Shown here one piece after another: positions 14,992-29,029 of a DNA stretch of 64,000 nt. Both the position numbers and the translations under genes were made by a program. Each line of letters opens with the position of its first letter. Position 1 is the first letter of the stretch. This stretch comes from Octopus vulgaris (taxonomy: Eukaryota). The notes under the pieces were generated by a model. That model searched no databases. It had not been told where the DNA came from and saw only the letters and a list, made by a program, of their open reading frames with translations. The stretch is from the NCBI GenBank assembly GCA_951406725.2, contig OX597816.1, positions 154,194,001-154,258,000 on the forward strand. Direction: 5' to 3'.

Positions 14992-15125
14992 GGTGATAGA
15001 TTGCAGAATTGGTAGAGTGTCAGATGAATGCTTGCAGTATTTAGTCATGTTTTGAGTTCAAATCCTGCTGAGGTCAACTTTGCCTTTTATTCTTCAGGGA
15101 GTCGATAAAATATGTACCAGTCAAG
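14992..15125 (+). mobile_element. Old tRNA-derived SINE (family 3) immediately after the transporter stop codon
   Basis: gcagaattggtagagtgtcagat...gagttcaaatcctgctgaggtcaactttgcctttt...gtcgataaaatatgtaccag. Same family at 29030-29650, 40480-40680 and 43110-43260. Confidence 0.65.
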
Positions 15126-16270
15126 TTTGGTGTGGTTTTTTTGTCTGTTTGTGTCTGTTTTAGATATCTATATTTATATAGTTGGGAATGAAAAGGAAAA
15201 ATTTCAAATAAGTGGTAAAAACAAATTCAACAAAGAGTCATGCGTGTGTTTGTGTTTATATGTATTTGGTTAAGGAGGTTTGGTTAAGATGTTCACTTCT
15301 CAACCACATGGTTCTTGATTTGATTATCATTGAGCAGCACTTTCTTTAAGTGCCTTTTTTTGCATAGCATCAGTTTGCTAAATGTTCTGTGAATAGTTTT
15401 TTAAATGGCAACAGTCTGGAAGCCTGTTGTGTGTGTGTGTGTGTGTGTGTGCGCGCGCACACATGCGCATGACAAATGTAATTGTGTAATTGAGAAGTTT
15501 GTTTTCCAAGTACATGGTTTTGTATTCAGACCTACATCATGGCACCTTGGACTGGTGTCTTTTACCGTAGCCCTGAACTGACCAGACATGTATATCTACT
15601 TGCCTTGACATCACATGACAGTTGTAAATGACCATCACCATCATCCCGCAATGTCCTTCATTTTCAGTCTTCATTGAAAATGTGTCTTGCCATGGAGAAA
15701 TATTACCTCACAAGGGTTGCTGAAAAGAAGGATGTGGCTTAAAAAAATCTGCCTCAACAAACTCCATCTCATCTATACAAGCACTATACAAGCATGGAAA
15801 AGTGGTAATTAAACAATGATGATGGTCATGGTGCATACATTATTGGGAAGGTTGGAAAACTCAGTGTTTCACTGTTTCATCTCAGACAGAGATGAAGATC
15901 AACACAGGATAAAACTCTGAAGATTTCTATAGTTAGGATAAAATTGTTATATTAAAAATGTTTTGGGCTGTTTCTCTAATCGAGACAGTTGTGCAAGCTA
16001 CAATATACATGTGTGTGTTCATTTCTTTCAAATTCATTTTTTTTATGTTAGTCTTGGTTAGACAGGGAAGTATTTAAGGCAGATGCTCTTTCTCTCACCA
16101 GCCCTTACCTGTTTTTAAAGGAAGGGCTTTTTTTCTACAGGAATTTGAAAGTGCAAAGCTAGGAGATAATTTTTAACAGGAAATGTCACCCATTGCAGCC
16201 CAACTATAAATGGTGATATCACTGTTTGTAGAGTGACTTTTCAGCACAGATTGTCAGCATTCACACTAAT

Positions 16271-16312
<42 letters not shown>

Positions 16313-17039
16313 GAAGGTCTTTCAGTTATAGAAACCATGCCAAAGTAGAAAGTTGAGCATGATGCAGTCCATGGACACGTTAGGTTCTGTCAAACCATCC
16401 AACACAAGCCAACATTGAACAAAGACATTAAATAATAATGATGATAATGATAGGGTGCTCCTACTGCTGCTGGCAACAAAGGTTTTGTCTGTCAGAATGA
16501 AGGGTAGATTATATGGTGCTACCTAGTAACAAGACATGGGTCTTGAATGCAGCATGCTCCATTAGATGTGCAATGTTTGTGTGCATGAACGTCATAGTAT
16601 AAATGTGTTGAGAGAAAAACTGAGGAATCATGTTGTGTGCAAGAAAGAAGAGTGCACAAGTAAGGACATGTGATTTGTATGGATGAGGGCAGCAAGTGCC
16701 ATTCACTTAATGTAGATAGAACTTGCTGAAGTTGTAAATGTTGATCTCAGGACCTTGACCCTCGACAGAGGAGATGACACAGGACTTGGATGACTGGCAA
16801 TATGCGGTTCTCAAGAAGGCTCACTCAGCAACATTGAGCTTCTGGAAGCACTGGAAGCACAACTGGACCATTCATCCTGTTTTCTCTTCAAGACAGCCCT
16901 ACCACCCATTTCTCTAACTAGCTTTTCCTTGATACCACTCATCTTTCTCACTATTCAGAACCATTTCATTTGATATCCATCCTTCATCCTTAATAATGTC
17001 CCCTCTACTCACATTTTACACTGAACCACCACCAATCAC

Positions 17040-17074
<35 letters not shown>

Positions 17075-17076
<2 letters not shown>

Positions 17077-17740
17077 ATCATCATCTTCATCATCATTTAG
17101 CGTCCGTTTTCCATGCTAGCATGGGTTGGACGTTCAACTGGGGTCTGTGAACCCAGAAGGCTGCATCAGGCCCAGTCTGATCTGGTAGTGTTTCTACGGC
17201 TGGATGCCCTTCCTAACGCCAACCACTCCGCGAGTGTAGTGGGTGCTTTTTACGTGCCACCTGCACAGGTGCCAGACGGAGCTGGCAAACGGCCACGAAC
17301 GGATGGTGCTTTTACGTGCCACCGGCACGGAGGCCACTTGGTGCGGTGCTGGCAACGGCCATGAACGGATGGTGCTTTTTACGTGCCACCAACATGGGGG
17401 CCAGGCGAGGCTGGCAACGGCCACGAACGGATGGTGCTTTTTACGTGTCACCGGCACAGAAGCCAGTCGGGGCGGAGCTGGCAACGGCCACGAACAGATG
17501 GTGCTTTTTACGTGCCACCAACATGGGGGCCAGGCGAGGCTGGCAACGGCCACAAACGGATGGTGCTTTTTACATGCCACCGGCACAGGGGCCAGGCGTG
17601 GCTGGCAACGGCGACGAACGGATGGTGCTTTTTACGTGTCACCGGCACGGAGGCCAGTCGGGGCGGCGCTGGCAACGGCCACGAACGGATGGTTCACTTA
17701 CTTGTCACCGGCACTGGTATCATAGCCGCAATTTCCATTG
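17075..17740 (-). mobile_element. RTE-related element with an internal tandem array of seven 62/67-bp units
   Basis: Anchor ggcaacggcc (or variant) at 17284, 17351, 17413, 17480, 17542, 17604 and 17671. (CAT)n tail at 17075-17097. Confidence 0.85.
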
Positions 17741-17813
17741 ATGTTGATCGACTTCGATTTTGGTTCTGCTTTCTGATATCTGATTTGATTTGGTTTGATT
17801 TGATTTTATTTTG

Positions 17814-17817
<4 letters not shown>

Positions 17818-17877
<60 letters not shown>

Positions 17878-17909
17878 TATATATATATATTGTGTGTTAT
17901 ATATATATA

Positions 17910-17964
<55 letters not shown>

Positions 17965-18252
17965 TTGTGTGTTTTTTTTGTGTTGTGTTTTTTTTGTGTG
18001 TGTGTATATGTATGTATGTGTGTGTGTGTGTGTATATGTGTGTGTGTATATATATATGTGTGTGTGTATATATATATGTGTGTATATATATATATGTGTG
18101 TATATATGTGTGTATATATATGTGTGTGTGTGTGTATATGTATATATATATGTATATATATATGTGTGTATATATATATATGTATATATATATATGTGTA
18201 TATATATATATATGTGTGTATATATATATGTATATATATATATATATGTGTG

Positions 18253-18284
<32 letters not shown>

Positions 18285-18288
18285 TGTG

Positions 18289-18319
<31 letters not shown>

Positions 18320-18430
18320 GTGTGTATATATATATATGTATGTATATATATATATATGTGTGTATATATATATATGTATATATATATGTATATACATATG
18401 TATGTGTATACATATATATAACACACACAT
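17818..18430. repeat. Compound (TA)n/(TG)n microsatellite
   Basis: Direct observation. Confidence 0.97.
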
Positions 18431-19906
18431 GGTTGCATGTCCATGTGGAAATGTGTATATATGTGAACCTTATCATTCCAAACCAAGCAAAACTGTTATC
18501 TAAAGAGAATATTAAACAATATAAAGATTTTAGTATAGAAAAGTAAGTCTCAATTTCTGTGTATATATGTAGATGTATGTACAAGTGAGATGAGGACCTC
18601 CAACCTCTCTAGGAGGGCAGTAACTCTAAGTAAGTGACTTGGATTGTGATGACCTTTTCAACCCATAGCAACCTGAATGATGACATACAATGATAGTGAT
18701 GTGTCTATATGTTTGTGTATGTATATATATATATTTGTATATTAATACATGCATACCGGTGAACGTATCAACATGTGAGTATATATGTAAATGAGTTGTT
18801 ATAGGATTTTAGTTGGTATATCTATCCAAATACTTTTGCCTGCTACTTATTTTTATCAATCTTTATTTATCAAATGGCTAAGTCTACCTCAGCATAAAGG
18901 ATATAACTCTATAGAAAAGATGCTGGGTTTTTTTTTTTTTTTTTTTTTGCACAACAATTTATCAGAAATCCCTTGCCACTACATACACGGTGTGAGAAAT
19001 ATGTAAGAAAGATAGAAGCGGAGAGGGGAAAGAGTGTGTGTATATGTGTGTGTAATAGAAGAGTGAGGATGAGTGCATTGAACAAAAGTGAAGTTGGTAT
19101 TGATTTCTGGAGTAAATCTGTTGTTAAACATTCTGATGTTAAAATTGAATTAAAATATCATAAGCTATTTATTTCTTGATTCACAAATATTGTTCATTCT
19201 CTGTCATGTTTCAATTGACATTTGAAGCTGTTTCATTTCACTTACATAGCTAATTTCTTCAAGAAAGAAATATTTGTTATAACATTTTGTTTCTGCCAAT
19301 AATTGGGGAGCCTTTTGCCTAATGAGGTCAATATTTTCATTAATGTTGTATGTATTCTTGCTAACCCTAACTGTCCTAATCATTGCTCACACAGCCACCT
19401 CAAACATCACTATAAAATTTATTTCATACTAACAACTCTGTGCCTTATAAAAAGTAAACATATAAGATATGTGCTGACCTCTGAACTGGAACATCAATAT
19501 GATCCTATTGCTTTTATTATTATCATTATTAATATCTTCATTATTGTTTTTATTATTGTCATTATTATTATTGTTATCATTGTTATCATCATTATTCTTA
19601 ATATTATACTATCATTGTCATTATTATTATTATTATTATCATCATCATTATTATTATTATTACAACTAAATTGTTACTTTAGTCTTTTTCTTAGTAGTAC
19701 AAATATTTAATTAACTATACATGTATCTTTGAATTTTGAGAGTAGAAAATCTTTTTGTGAAGCATCTTATCATCCATAATTTTGTTTTGTTTTTTTCTTA
19801 GAAAGAGAAGGAAAACTGTAGTAAATTCTTTTCATTTCCCTCTGACCTAATGTTGACTTTTGCTTAGTTCTATATCTAACTTTTGTGTTGATTTTGCTCT
19901 CGCACA

Positions 19907-20632
19907 TCTAATATAATAAATGGGAAATCTAATTTCTGTGTGTCAATGTGTCACACTCTCTCACTATTCAGTAACACTCCTACTATTCCTCATGATGGGG
20001 TGAGAGTAATAGTAGGCATAGAGACAAAGAGGGCAATGGCAAAGTTAGAAAGAGAGACAAAGAAATTTAGGGAGAGTTGATGATGTTTTATTAAAAGTAG
20101 TAGTGTTGATGGTGACAGTGGGAGTAATATAATAAGAGATAGGGAAAGAGTGGGTATGTGAAAGAAAGGGACTGAACACTGTATGAGCTGTCATTGTGAT
20201 AGAGGCAGAGGTGGTGGTGAGAGTAAGGGACGTGAAAGATAGTGGTGATGGTGGTGGAGGGAAAGGCATCAAAATCAAAGATATTGATGTGTATATGGCA
20301 GTTGTGGTGGTACTGGTGATGGTGATGGTTGAAAGCAATTAACAGAAAGAGAGAGAAAGAAAGAGGTTAGATAGAAAAAAAAATTGTACTGAGCCCCAAA
20401 TGGGAAGACAAAAAATGTTGTTTATCATGCAGCTTTGCAATAAGTTCCAAGTCCACAAATTATATCATTGTTTTGATGAAAATTGTTCATTGCTTGAAAA
20501 ATATTGGTCAAGTTTAATAAAATTTTATATGCACTCAATACATGAAGTGTCATTGTTGGGCCCAAGACCCAATGAAGGTCCCACCACAGGAGCTAGCTTA
20601 AAAGCCACTCAATAGGGTGGCTTTTAATCTAG
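19907..20632 (+). mobile_element. Non-autonomous Helitron
   Basis: A|TCTAATATAATAAA 5' end. 3' hairpin aaaagccactc-aata-gggtggctttt followed by CTAG|T. Confidence 0.7.
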
Positions 20633-21414
20633 TACATCATATATACATTCAAGTCTGCTGTTTTAGGTGCTTCTAAAAATACTTTTCCATAATGTTTAAT
20701 ATTTTTGTGTAATTCTATGCTGTCTAAACCAAGGGATGATTTTTTAAAAATTGACTGATATTTTTTAACTCAACATTTGTTTTACACACACACACATATG
20801 TATGAAGCTGTGCATATATTACTTCAGTCAAATTAAATATATGCTATAAGACTAGTACTAATTTGTCCATTGGTGAAACTTTAATACCTATGGATACAAT
20901 GGTAAATTTTACTTCAGTTCAGATTCAGTTTTAACTCTTCAATTGAAAACAAAATATTTAAACCATTCAATTTTGGTGCTACCCTAACACATGAAAGTCA
21001 AAGCTAATTAAGTTGGTAGTCTGATGGTGTACATAATGTCATTGGTACTATGTTGTTGTCATGGTTAAGACAGGTAATGCCATAATTTATTAAGGTATAA
21101 ATAGGTACCACAGAAAGTAGAAATTAGAACTTGTGTCTGTTAGCTCTCTAATCTGGGTTCAAATTCTGCTGGGTATCTTGCAATAGGAAAAGCACTTTGA
21201 CAAAATAACTTGTTCTAGGAACATCATATGAAGACAAGATCTATTGTGTAGTGCTACTGTAACTCAACGACTTGTCGGAAGGCTCCTATAATACAAACAT
21301 ACACATAAATATTGTCAGTTTTAACACTAAATTACAGTGTCCATCTTAACATAAAATCACTGTTTATTCAATACACATTCGGTCAACTGTAATTACTTTT
21401 TAATTGATAATTTT

Positions 21415-21700
21415 ACAATGGGACCTTGGTTTACAAATTTAATTCATTCTTGAAGGCCATTTGTCACCTGAAACGTTCCTGAACCAAAACTATTTTTCCC
21501 ATTGGGAATTCAAGAGAAGTCATGGTGATTTCAAGCAGGGATGTGTACTGAATGATAATTAGACAGTAATGGATTCTCTCCCAGCTTGTCACCATTGTTG
21601 CTGGGAGACACCATTTGTCACCCAAGATGTTTTAGGTTAAAAAAATTGTTTGTAAACCAATTCGTTAATGGTGAATGACATTCATAAACTGAGGTTCCAC

Positions 21701-21702
<2 letters not shown>
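21415..21702. mobile_element. pogo/Tigger-like MITE
   Basis: Imperfect TIRs tacaatgggaccttggtttacaaa / ttcataaactgaggttccactata. Confidence 0.5.
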
Positions 21703-21747
<45 letters not shown>

Positions 21748-22388
21748 TCTTGAATGTTATCATATTGCTTTTTGGAAATCTATTATACTATTAGAAGCTT
21801 TATAGTTTCATAACATAATTTACAAAATACTTAGGAATAAATGCTTATATTTTGTTTATATTTCTTTTGGTTGGTTGAGTTGGTTATCCTCTCAGTCACA
21901 AAGACTTCTATATATTCTGGCACTAAGACACTTTTGTTTCTTAATTCTCTCAGCTTTAAAATGTATTTACTGTTTTATTGTGTGCAGAAATATTTCCAAG
22001 CTAATAAATTTCCCGAGAATTAGTAAGCATTATTTGTTGGAATGTAGTGCAAACAGCTCCACAGGTATGGTAGTTTTCCACAATACAATTTGACAGTGGT
22101 ACTAATATTAATAAAAAGAATTAGGACTAGACCCCCATAAATTTATAGAAGAAAAATATAGTTGATTGATTGACACCAAATATGTAAGTGATACTTATTT
22201 CATCAGCTCTAGAGAAATGAACAAGACGAAGTTTACTCTGGTACAGTTTGAAATGAAAATACTGTTTTCTGTTTTTGCGAAAACATTACATTTCTTGACT
22301 GTATCATATATTTAGTTATGGCACTATATTTCAAATCTGCTATGGTCCAGTTTGCTTTTCAGCTGTCTGGAGTCAAGCTAAATGCTAA

Positions 22389-22698
22389 TCTATATATATA
22401 AAATTGAGAATGTGTGTCTGTCTGTATGTGTGCATCACTAAAACTCGAGAACTACCCAACCGATTTCATTCAAATTTTACAAATGCCTTACTTAGGGTCC
22501 ATGGATTGTCATGGGCCAAAGAAATTTTCAACTTCATGACTAATGCGAGCCCAGAGCCATCTCTTTAGACTGTTTCAGTATTATATGTCAAAAATGAAAC
22601 AATAACATCTCTATTGTAATGTGATGTAATAGTTTCACTAATACATGGTTTCACTTTCAATAGTTTAACTTTTAAGTTTCATTTTTATTAGTTTCACC

Positions 22699-22734
<36 letters not shown>

Positions 22735-23519
22735 ATGTATATATGCATGTATGTATATGTGTATGTATATATACGTATATATGTATTTATGTATATATAT
22801 ATGTATGTATTTAATCAAAATAAGCAACAAGGATATCCAGATATACAGTAAGATCGTTTCAAGCAACTCCATTTAACTGAACAATGCAATCATTGCATCA
22901 ATTTAAATGCAGAGCAATCCTCAGCTGCATAAATACATAGAATATAATTAAATTAAAACAGATGGACACATGAGTATAATTTTACCTAAAATCTCCAAGA
23001 AGGTAAGGAGATAGACAAAACATGCTGTCTTCACTTCAGCTTAGAAGCTATTAAGGTATCAGAAAGAAAGACTTGTTACAGATTTTGCTTATCACTGTTT
23101 TATGGGGTCAGATTTAATTTATAATATCCATATCGTTAGCCACTACACACATTTTTTTCTCGTTTACTGTGTCCTTTTCTGTAGAAGAGCGTAGGCTTGA
23201 AACGTAAAAGACTTTTTCTATTCCTGAGCATTATACTAATACATCTGTTTGTTTTGTACACCACCTGCCTTTGTCTTTTGTTTTTTCCGTAAACTCTCCC
23301 TATATATATACATATAAATGTATACATATCCATATTTATATATATATACATGTATGAATCTATCTATTTATATATACATGTGTGTGTGTGTATATATATA
23401 CATATACACACATATATAAGCACCCCACACACACACACACACATATATAAATATATATATACATACATGTATATATATAAATATATATATATATATATAC
23501 ATACATGTATATATATATA

Positions 23520-23584
<65 letters not shown>

Positions 23585-24140
23585 GTATATATATAGGGAG
23601 AGTTTACGGAAAAAACAAAAGACAAAGGCAGGTGGTGTACAAAACAAACACATGTATTACTATAATGCTCATGAATAGAAAGTCTTTTACATTTCGAGCC
23701 TACGCTCTTCTACAGAAAGGGACAAAGAAAACAAGGAGAGATAAAAATGTGTGTAGAGGCTAACGATATGGACATATATACATTTATATGTATATATCTC
23801 TATATACATGTGTATATATATTATAGTCTCAAGTTGACCAAAGCCTTGTGAGTGGATTTCGTACACAGAAACTGAAAGAAGCCTGTTGTATATATGTGTA
23901 TATTTATGTGTGTTTGTACCCCCAGCATTGCTTGACAATCAATGTCTCTGTGTTTACGCTACCTTAACTTAGTGCCTTGGCAAAAGACACCGATAGAATA
24001 AGCACTAGGTTTACAAAGAATAAATCTTGGGCTCAATTTGTTCAACTAAAGGCAATGCTCCAGCATGGCCATAGTCACATGACTGAAACAATTAAAAACT
24101 ATGCTGTTTTAATCCCAAGCAATGCTGGTATCTCTGCTAG
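22389..24140 (+). mobile_element. Non-autonomous Helitron containing nested insertions
   Basis: A|TCTATATATATAAAA...tgtgtgtctgtctg 5' end. Degenerate 3' hairpin followed by CTAG|T at 24137-24141. Confidence 0.7.
23127..23772. repeat. Inverted pair of PLE terminal repeats (23127-23300 +, 23596-23772 -) around a TA-rich microsatellite
   Basis: The arms are reverse complements of each other and homologous to 9371-9565. Each carries a CTGTAGA hammerhead-like motif (23174-23210 +, 23684-23719 -). Confidence 0.9.
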
Positions 24141-25559
24141 TTAGATACTGAAGTTAAGTTGATGAACTTTGTCCCTCACTCCTACAGATTTGTAGCAAGT
24201 TCTAGTAATTTACTACAGTTGATTCAATTATTTTGTTTGTTTCTACAATGAATGTCAGTTTTGAACACATGAGGTATGCAACTGGCTAATTTAGAGAAGT
24301 AAGGGCTATTGATGTGGGTGAAGGGATGGAGAGAAGAAACAGCAACTTTGAACCACTGATTGTAGTATATTGGTGTGTTATGTTGTTTGTTAGTCAAATG
24401 GTATTCTTGTAGATAGTGAGAAAAGGATGATTGCGTGTTTGTAACAAAACAGTTCAACTCCAGATATGTGAGCAGTCTTACATTGTAGCTCTTATTTAAG
24501 CTTTGCACAGTGTCAACAACAGATCAGAACTGAAATACTTTCAGTCAACACAGAAATTTAGTCTTTGCAGTAGTTGTTTGACAATATTATATTTGTGAGG
24601 ACACTAATGCAATAATGTGAAGTATGTGATGTCACTAATGAAATATTATGATGTTAGGTCCCTTATGAAATACTGTTGGTGGTTCTAAGTCCTAGCATTT
24701 ATTGTGACACCAAAGGGGGTTCTTTTTGTTTGTTTGTTTTATGTATAGAAAGGATATAGTTCAAGATTATTTTAATTTTATTAAGTTTTGTTCCATCAAA
24801 TCAATGCCACTAATTTGTGGATGTTGATTCAATGAACTTTTCTTTACAAAGATTAATCTTGCATATAGTAAAAACAAAATCAAGTATCTCTGTCACTTAG
24901 TAGCTCATTTACATTGACATCTTCTTAATTGCATCAAGGAAAAATGGGTGCAGTGTGTTATCTGAAATTTGTTGTAGTTCTAGGAAGGCTTGGAGGAAAA
25001 CTAACTGCCATAATTGCCAGCAGTGTGGCACAAATATATCTTGCAGCCCAGATTTTGGCAATGTAACAGTGTTAATAATGATAATAATGACTTCCTGTAT
25101 TTGCACAATTCCACAGCTTTGTAGAAGAGTGGTGTATTTGACTGAATCTTATTTGGCTGAGCCTAAATATTTGAAAGGTAAAGTTGTTGCTGGTAAGATT
25201 TAGAGGAAGAATTGTGGAGGAATTGGAAGTCGTTCAATCCAGGGCACTAAATATTTCTGTGCCTCCACTTGCCTAATAATAGTAATGATAATAATGATGA
25301 TGATAGTAATAACACAGGCCAACAACATTTTTTTTTTGTCTGTCAAAAAAAAATTGAACCTGAACTGGGGTTTTTTTGGCACATAGAATCCAAAAATGAC
25401 ATTACCATCACATCAAAATTTTATGATACTGGATCCATAGAATTTCATTTTTTAAAAATTTTCAATAGCACACCTATGAGGGATAAGACATAACATACAA
25501 ACATACATAGAAATTGTTTTTTTTCTTCAAAATTAAAATGTTTTCTTAAAATTCTACTG

Positions 25560-26457
25560 CAAAGCTAATAAAATTCTTAAAATTTCTACAGACAAATATA
25601 CCTAATTTCCCATGAATTTGCATTTGGATGATTTTCTTGGGTGTCGAACCTCAAGAAGATTGCGAGCCAAGTTCAACAGTCCATCATATGTAAGCCCCAT
25701 CTGCATTGATGCATTTTTTTTTTACTGATTTTATGTCCTGATGGAAGTATTCTTGTTTGTCACTTGTGTCTCAAAAATTTTCAGGGAATTTATCAAGGTG
25801 ATTGAGGAGATGGTGCAATTTTATGCTCATATTTGCACCAAACTTTTGAGAGTTTTCAGCATGTTCTTGACTATTTTGGCATAGTTAGCTGGTTTCTTGT
25901 TACCCACAGAGTCATTTACAACTACAACAAGTGAACGCCATGCTGCTGCTTCAATGCAGTTCATTGAATTTACAAAGGTCCTATCTTTCATCAATTTTCT
26001 GATTTGAAGCCCAGCAAATTCTCCAGCTTTCTCTTTTCAATGCTCAGAACAGGAAATATACTGTAGATATAGTGAAAGCATGCATGGTTCATTTTTATCC
26101 AGAGTCTTAACAAACTGCTTCATAATGCCAAGTTTGATATGGAGGTAGGATAATTTTTCCCAGTTGAACTAAAACCCCATTAAAGAACCCTGGAACTAAT
26201 ATTCACTGTGGTCATTCTTTGGTTACCCAATGTTTTTCCCTGGCTCTGCTGTCGCATGCATAAAAAAAACATGGATATTTCACAGGTAAACAATGCATTT
26301 TTTTGAAAAAATGAAAATTATGAAAATTGGTGGGTTTGAATATCTCAAAATCTAGAAATGATGGTAAAAAAAGGATTCCAATTTTGTATTCAACATATCA
26401 AAAGCCTTCAAACTGGATAAAGATATCCTCACAACAAAATACTTGTTGGGTTGTGTA
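25560..26457 (-). mobile_element. Decayed Chapaev3-like DNA transposon
   Basis: Minus-strand LHIKLGIMKQFVKTLDK...AGLQIRKLMKDRTFVNSMNCIEAAAWRSLVVVVN motifs, homologous to 39611-40153. Superfamily assignment is from recall. Confidence 0.65.
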
Positions 26458-29029
26458 ATTGTCTCTCAAGAAAGCCATTTTCTCTGTATCATGTTTAGAG
26501 AAAAGCAATCAGTGAATCATGTTTTCTGGGCAGATAAAAAAATATTTATTACTTAGTCCAGTCATTTGGTGCCTTTTACAATTTATGAATTACAAAAGAA
26601 AAAAAAATCAACTTAAATTTTGTTCCTGGGTCATTTTTACAAAATAATCAAGAATGTGGATTTTGTCTCCTCCCCCCCTTTTTTTTCAACTAAAGTCAGC
26701 ATTGGTGATGATTGGAATAAATTTGGAATTATCATTAAGAAATTTAGGTTTGAATCAAAACCTGTTTAAAAAAACACTAAATATCAAACCAATAAAAAAT
26801 TTATTGGTTCAAAAAAGTATATTGGTATGTTTAAAATATATGTATTTACTTGAAACTTATTTAAGTACAGTAAAAAGTATGTTTCTATTTTCCTATTTAC
26901 AAAGCATGACTGACAGTAAATTTACTGGTGTTTGGCTACATTGTTCATTCACATCAGTGTTTGCAAGCTTGATTTGGCAAGAGTTTGGAGTTATGGTTAA
27001 AGTTCCTATTCTACAGCAAGTTTAAATGTTTTAAGCTTACAAAATATGTTTTATATACTTGAATATATTTTGAGTATGCAAATACACACAAACACACACA
27101 AACACGCACATTCATATACAGATACACTATATATATATACATATACAGATACACTATATATATATATATGCACACACACACATCAAATGTGGTCGATGCC
27201 AGTGCCACCTGACTGGCCCCCGTACCAATGGCACATAAAAAGCACCCTCTACATTCTTGGAGCGGTTGGCATTAGGAAGGGCATCCAGCTGTAGAAACCT
27301 GCCAGATCAGACCGAAGCCTTGTGCAGCCTCCTGGCTTGCCAGTACTCAGTCAAACTGTCTAACCCATGCCAGCATGGAAAGTGGACATTAAACGATGAT
27401 GATGGTACACATACACACACATGAACATATATACATATATTTATACATAAACATACAAATATATTGATATAGGTATATTTATATAATCTGAACTAATTAA
27501 TTATCTTGTTTCAGTTCATATATCATTTTTGAAAGACTTCATGCTCCATTTTCAGATTTTATTTTTCCTTTCAATTTCATGTAAAGAAAGCATCTATACA
27601 ATTTGCAACTACAACTTGAAGAAATAAAAGATAAAAGCTGAAAATAAAGTTCTTTCCTTGGTCTTTTAAGAAAGCATGTTAACTATTTGTTATAAGAAAC
27701 CTTCCTATCTTAAACTGGCTCTATAAAATAATATGTCTAAAACTAAAAGCATTTACTGTAACACTCTTACATAATTATCATTAATGTTTTATCTTCAATT
27801 TGGAATATAGATTGATTCTTTTATGTGGATTTAAAAAGAATACAGTGGGATCTATTATTTATTTTTGAAAAGCTAATTGGATCTCAAGCATATGTTGAAA
27901 ACCCTATTCAAAAATATGTTAATCATCAAAAATAGAATCATTAATAATTAGAAAGCTATTGAAAATGATTTTTTTAAACATTATGCCTCTATTTTTGTAT
28001 TCTACTATGGGTGCGTTTTTGTTTGTTTTATGTTTTTGCAAATTTGGATATTTGCATATGAATTATTTGACTAATGTATGGGTTTTAGTGTTGGATAGCT
28101 GCTCATTTTCATCTTGACTGAGAGATGCAAGCAGAATAATAGAATAATAATGTGCCTTGTCTAGGTGCAAAACAATTTTTGTAGCAAGGTTTTCAACTCA
28201 GTGTGTTCCCTGCCCTTTATTTCTTAATATTTCTTTTCATTTTAACCTTTTTATTGCCACTTTCCAATACAATCATGTATGGAGTTTGTTTCTTTGTTCT
28301 TCAAATTTGAATATCTGTGTATGATTTGGGATGTGATAATTTAAAGTTGGCAGACTGAAGCAAGATGCATTGTCTTGGGTGTTAGAATATAATCTGTATT
28401 TTCAATAAGATATTGTTGAGTTACTGGTAAGAAATATCATGACTTGATACTCTCAGTATAACAGTTATAATAACATTTATCTCAATGCTAAAAACTGTAA
28501 TTATAACTCTATTTGTCCCAATACTCTTTGCATAACAATAATATACAAACATTCATTCCAACCTTGACAACTTCAGCCATGCACACAATACACAAATGTA
28601 GTCTCAGATACATTATATCTGAGAACAAGATTTGGTGATCAGGGTTGCAAAGTTGATCATAGATCTCTTCAACATAGTTGCTCAAGCTGTCCAATATAAC
28701 AGCTCAAATCTCTTTCAATAAACATTTCTACCATTTGTAAGATGAATGCCACTAATCAAGGAACAAAATGCTTCCAGAATGAAGATAATATGCCTGTGCT
28801 TAGAAATGCCAAATCAAATTGTTTATTTGATCCTACCTCCCTGCCAAAAAGTCTGCTCAAATGAAATTGACCAGTTCTATATAAAACAACAGCCATCATA
28901 ACTTCATTAGAGTAATAACTACAACAATACAAGGTAGAAGAATGAAAACAAAATGCTTCCATTCTTCCTCAGTGTACTAAATAACATTTTATTGTAAACC
29001 TTTCTACATTATTTTATTCTGGATGGTAC

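Noticed and set aside
17240-17710. CRISPR-like repeat/spacer appearance
   Set aside because: The 'spacers' fall into two related classes, there are no cas genes, the context is eukaryotic, and the units are part of a dispersed retroelement.
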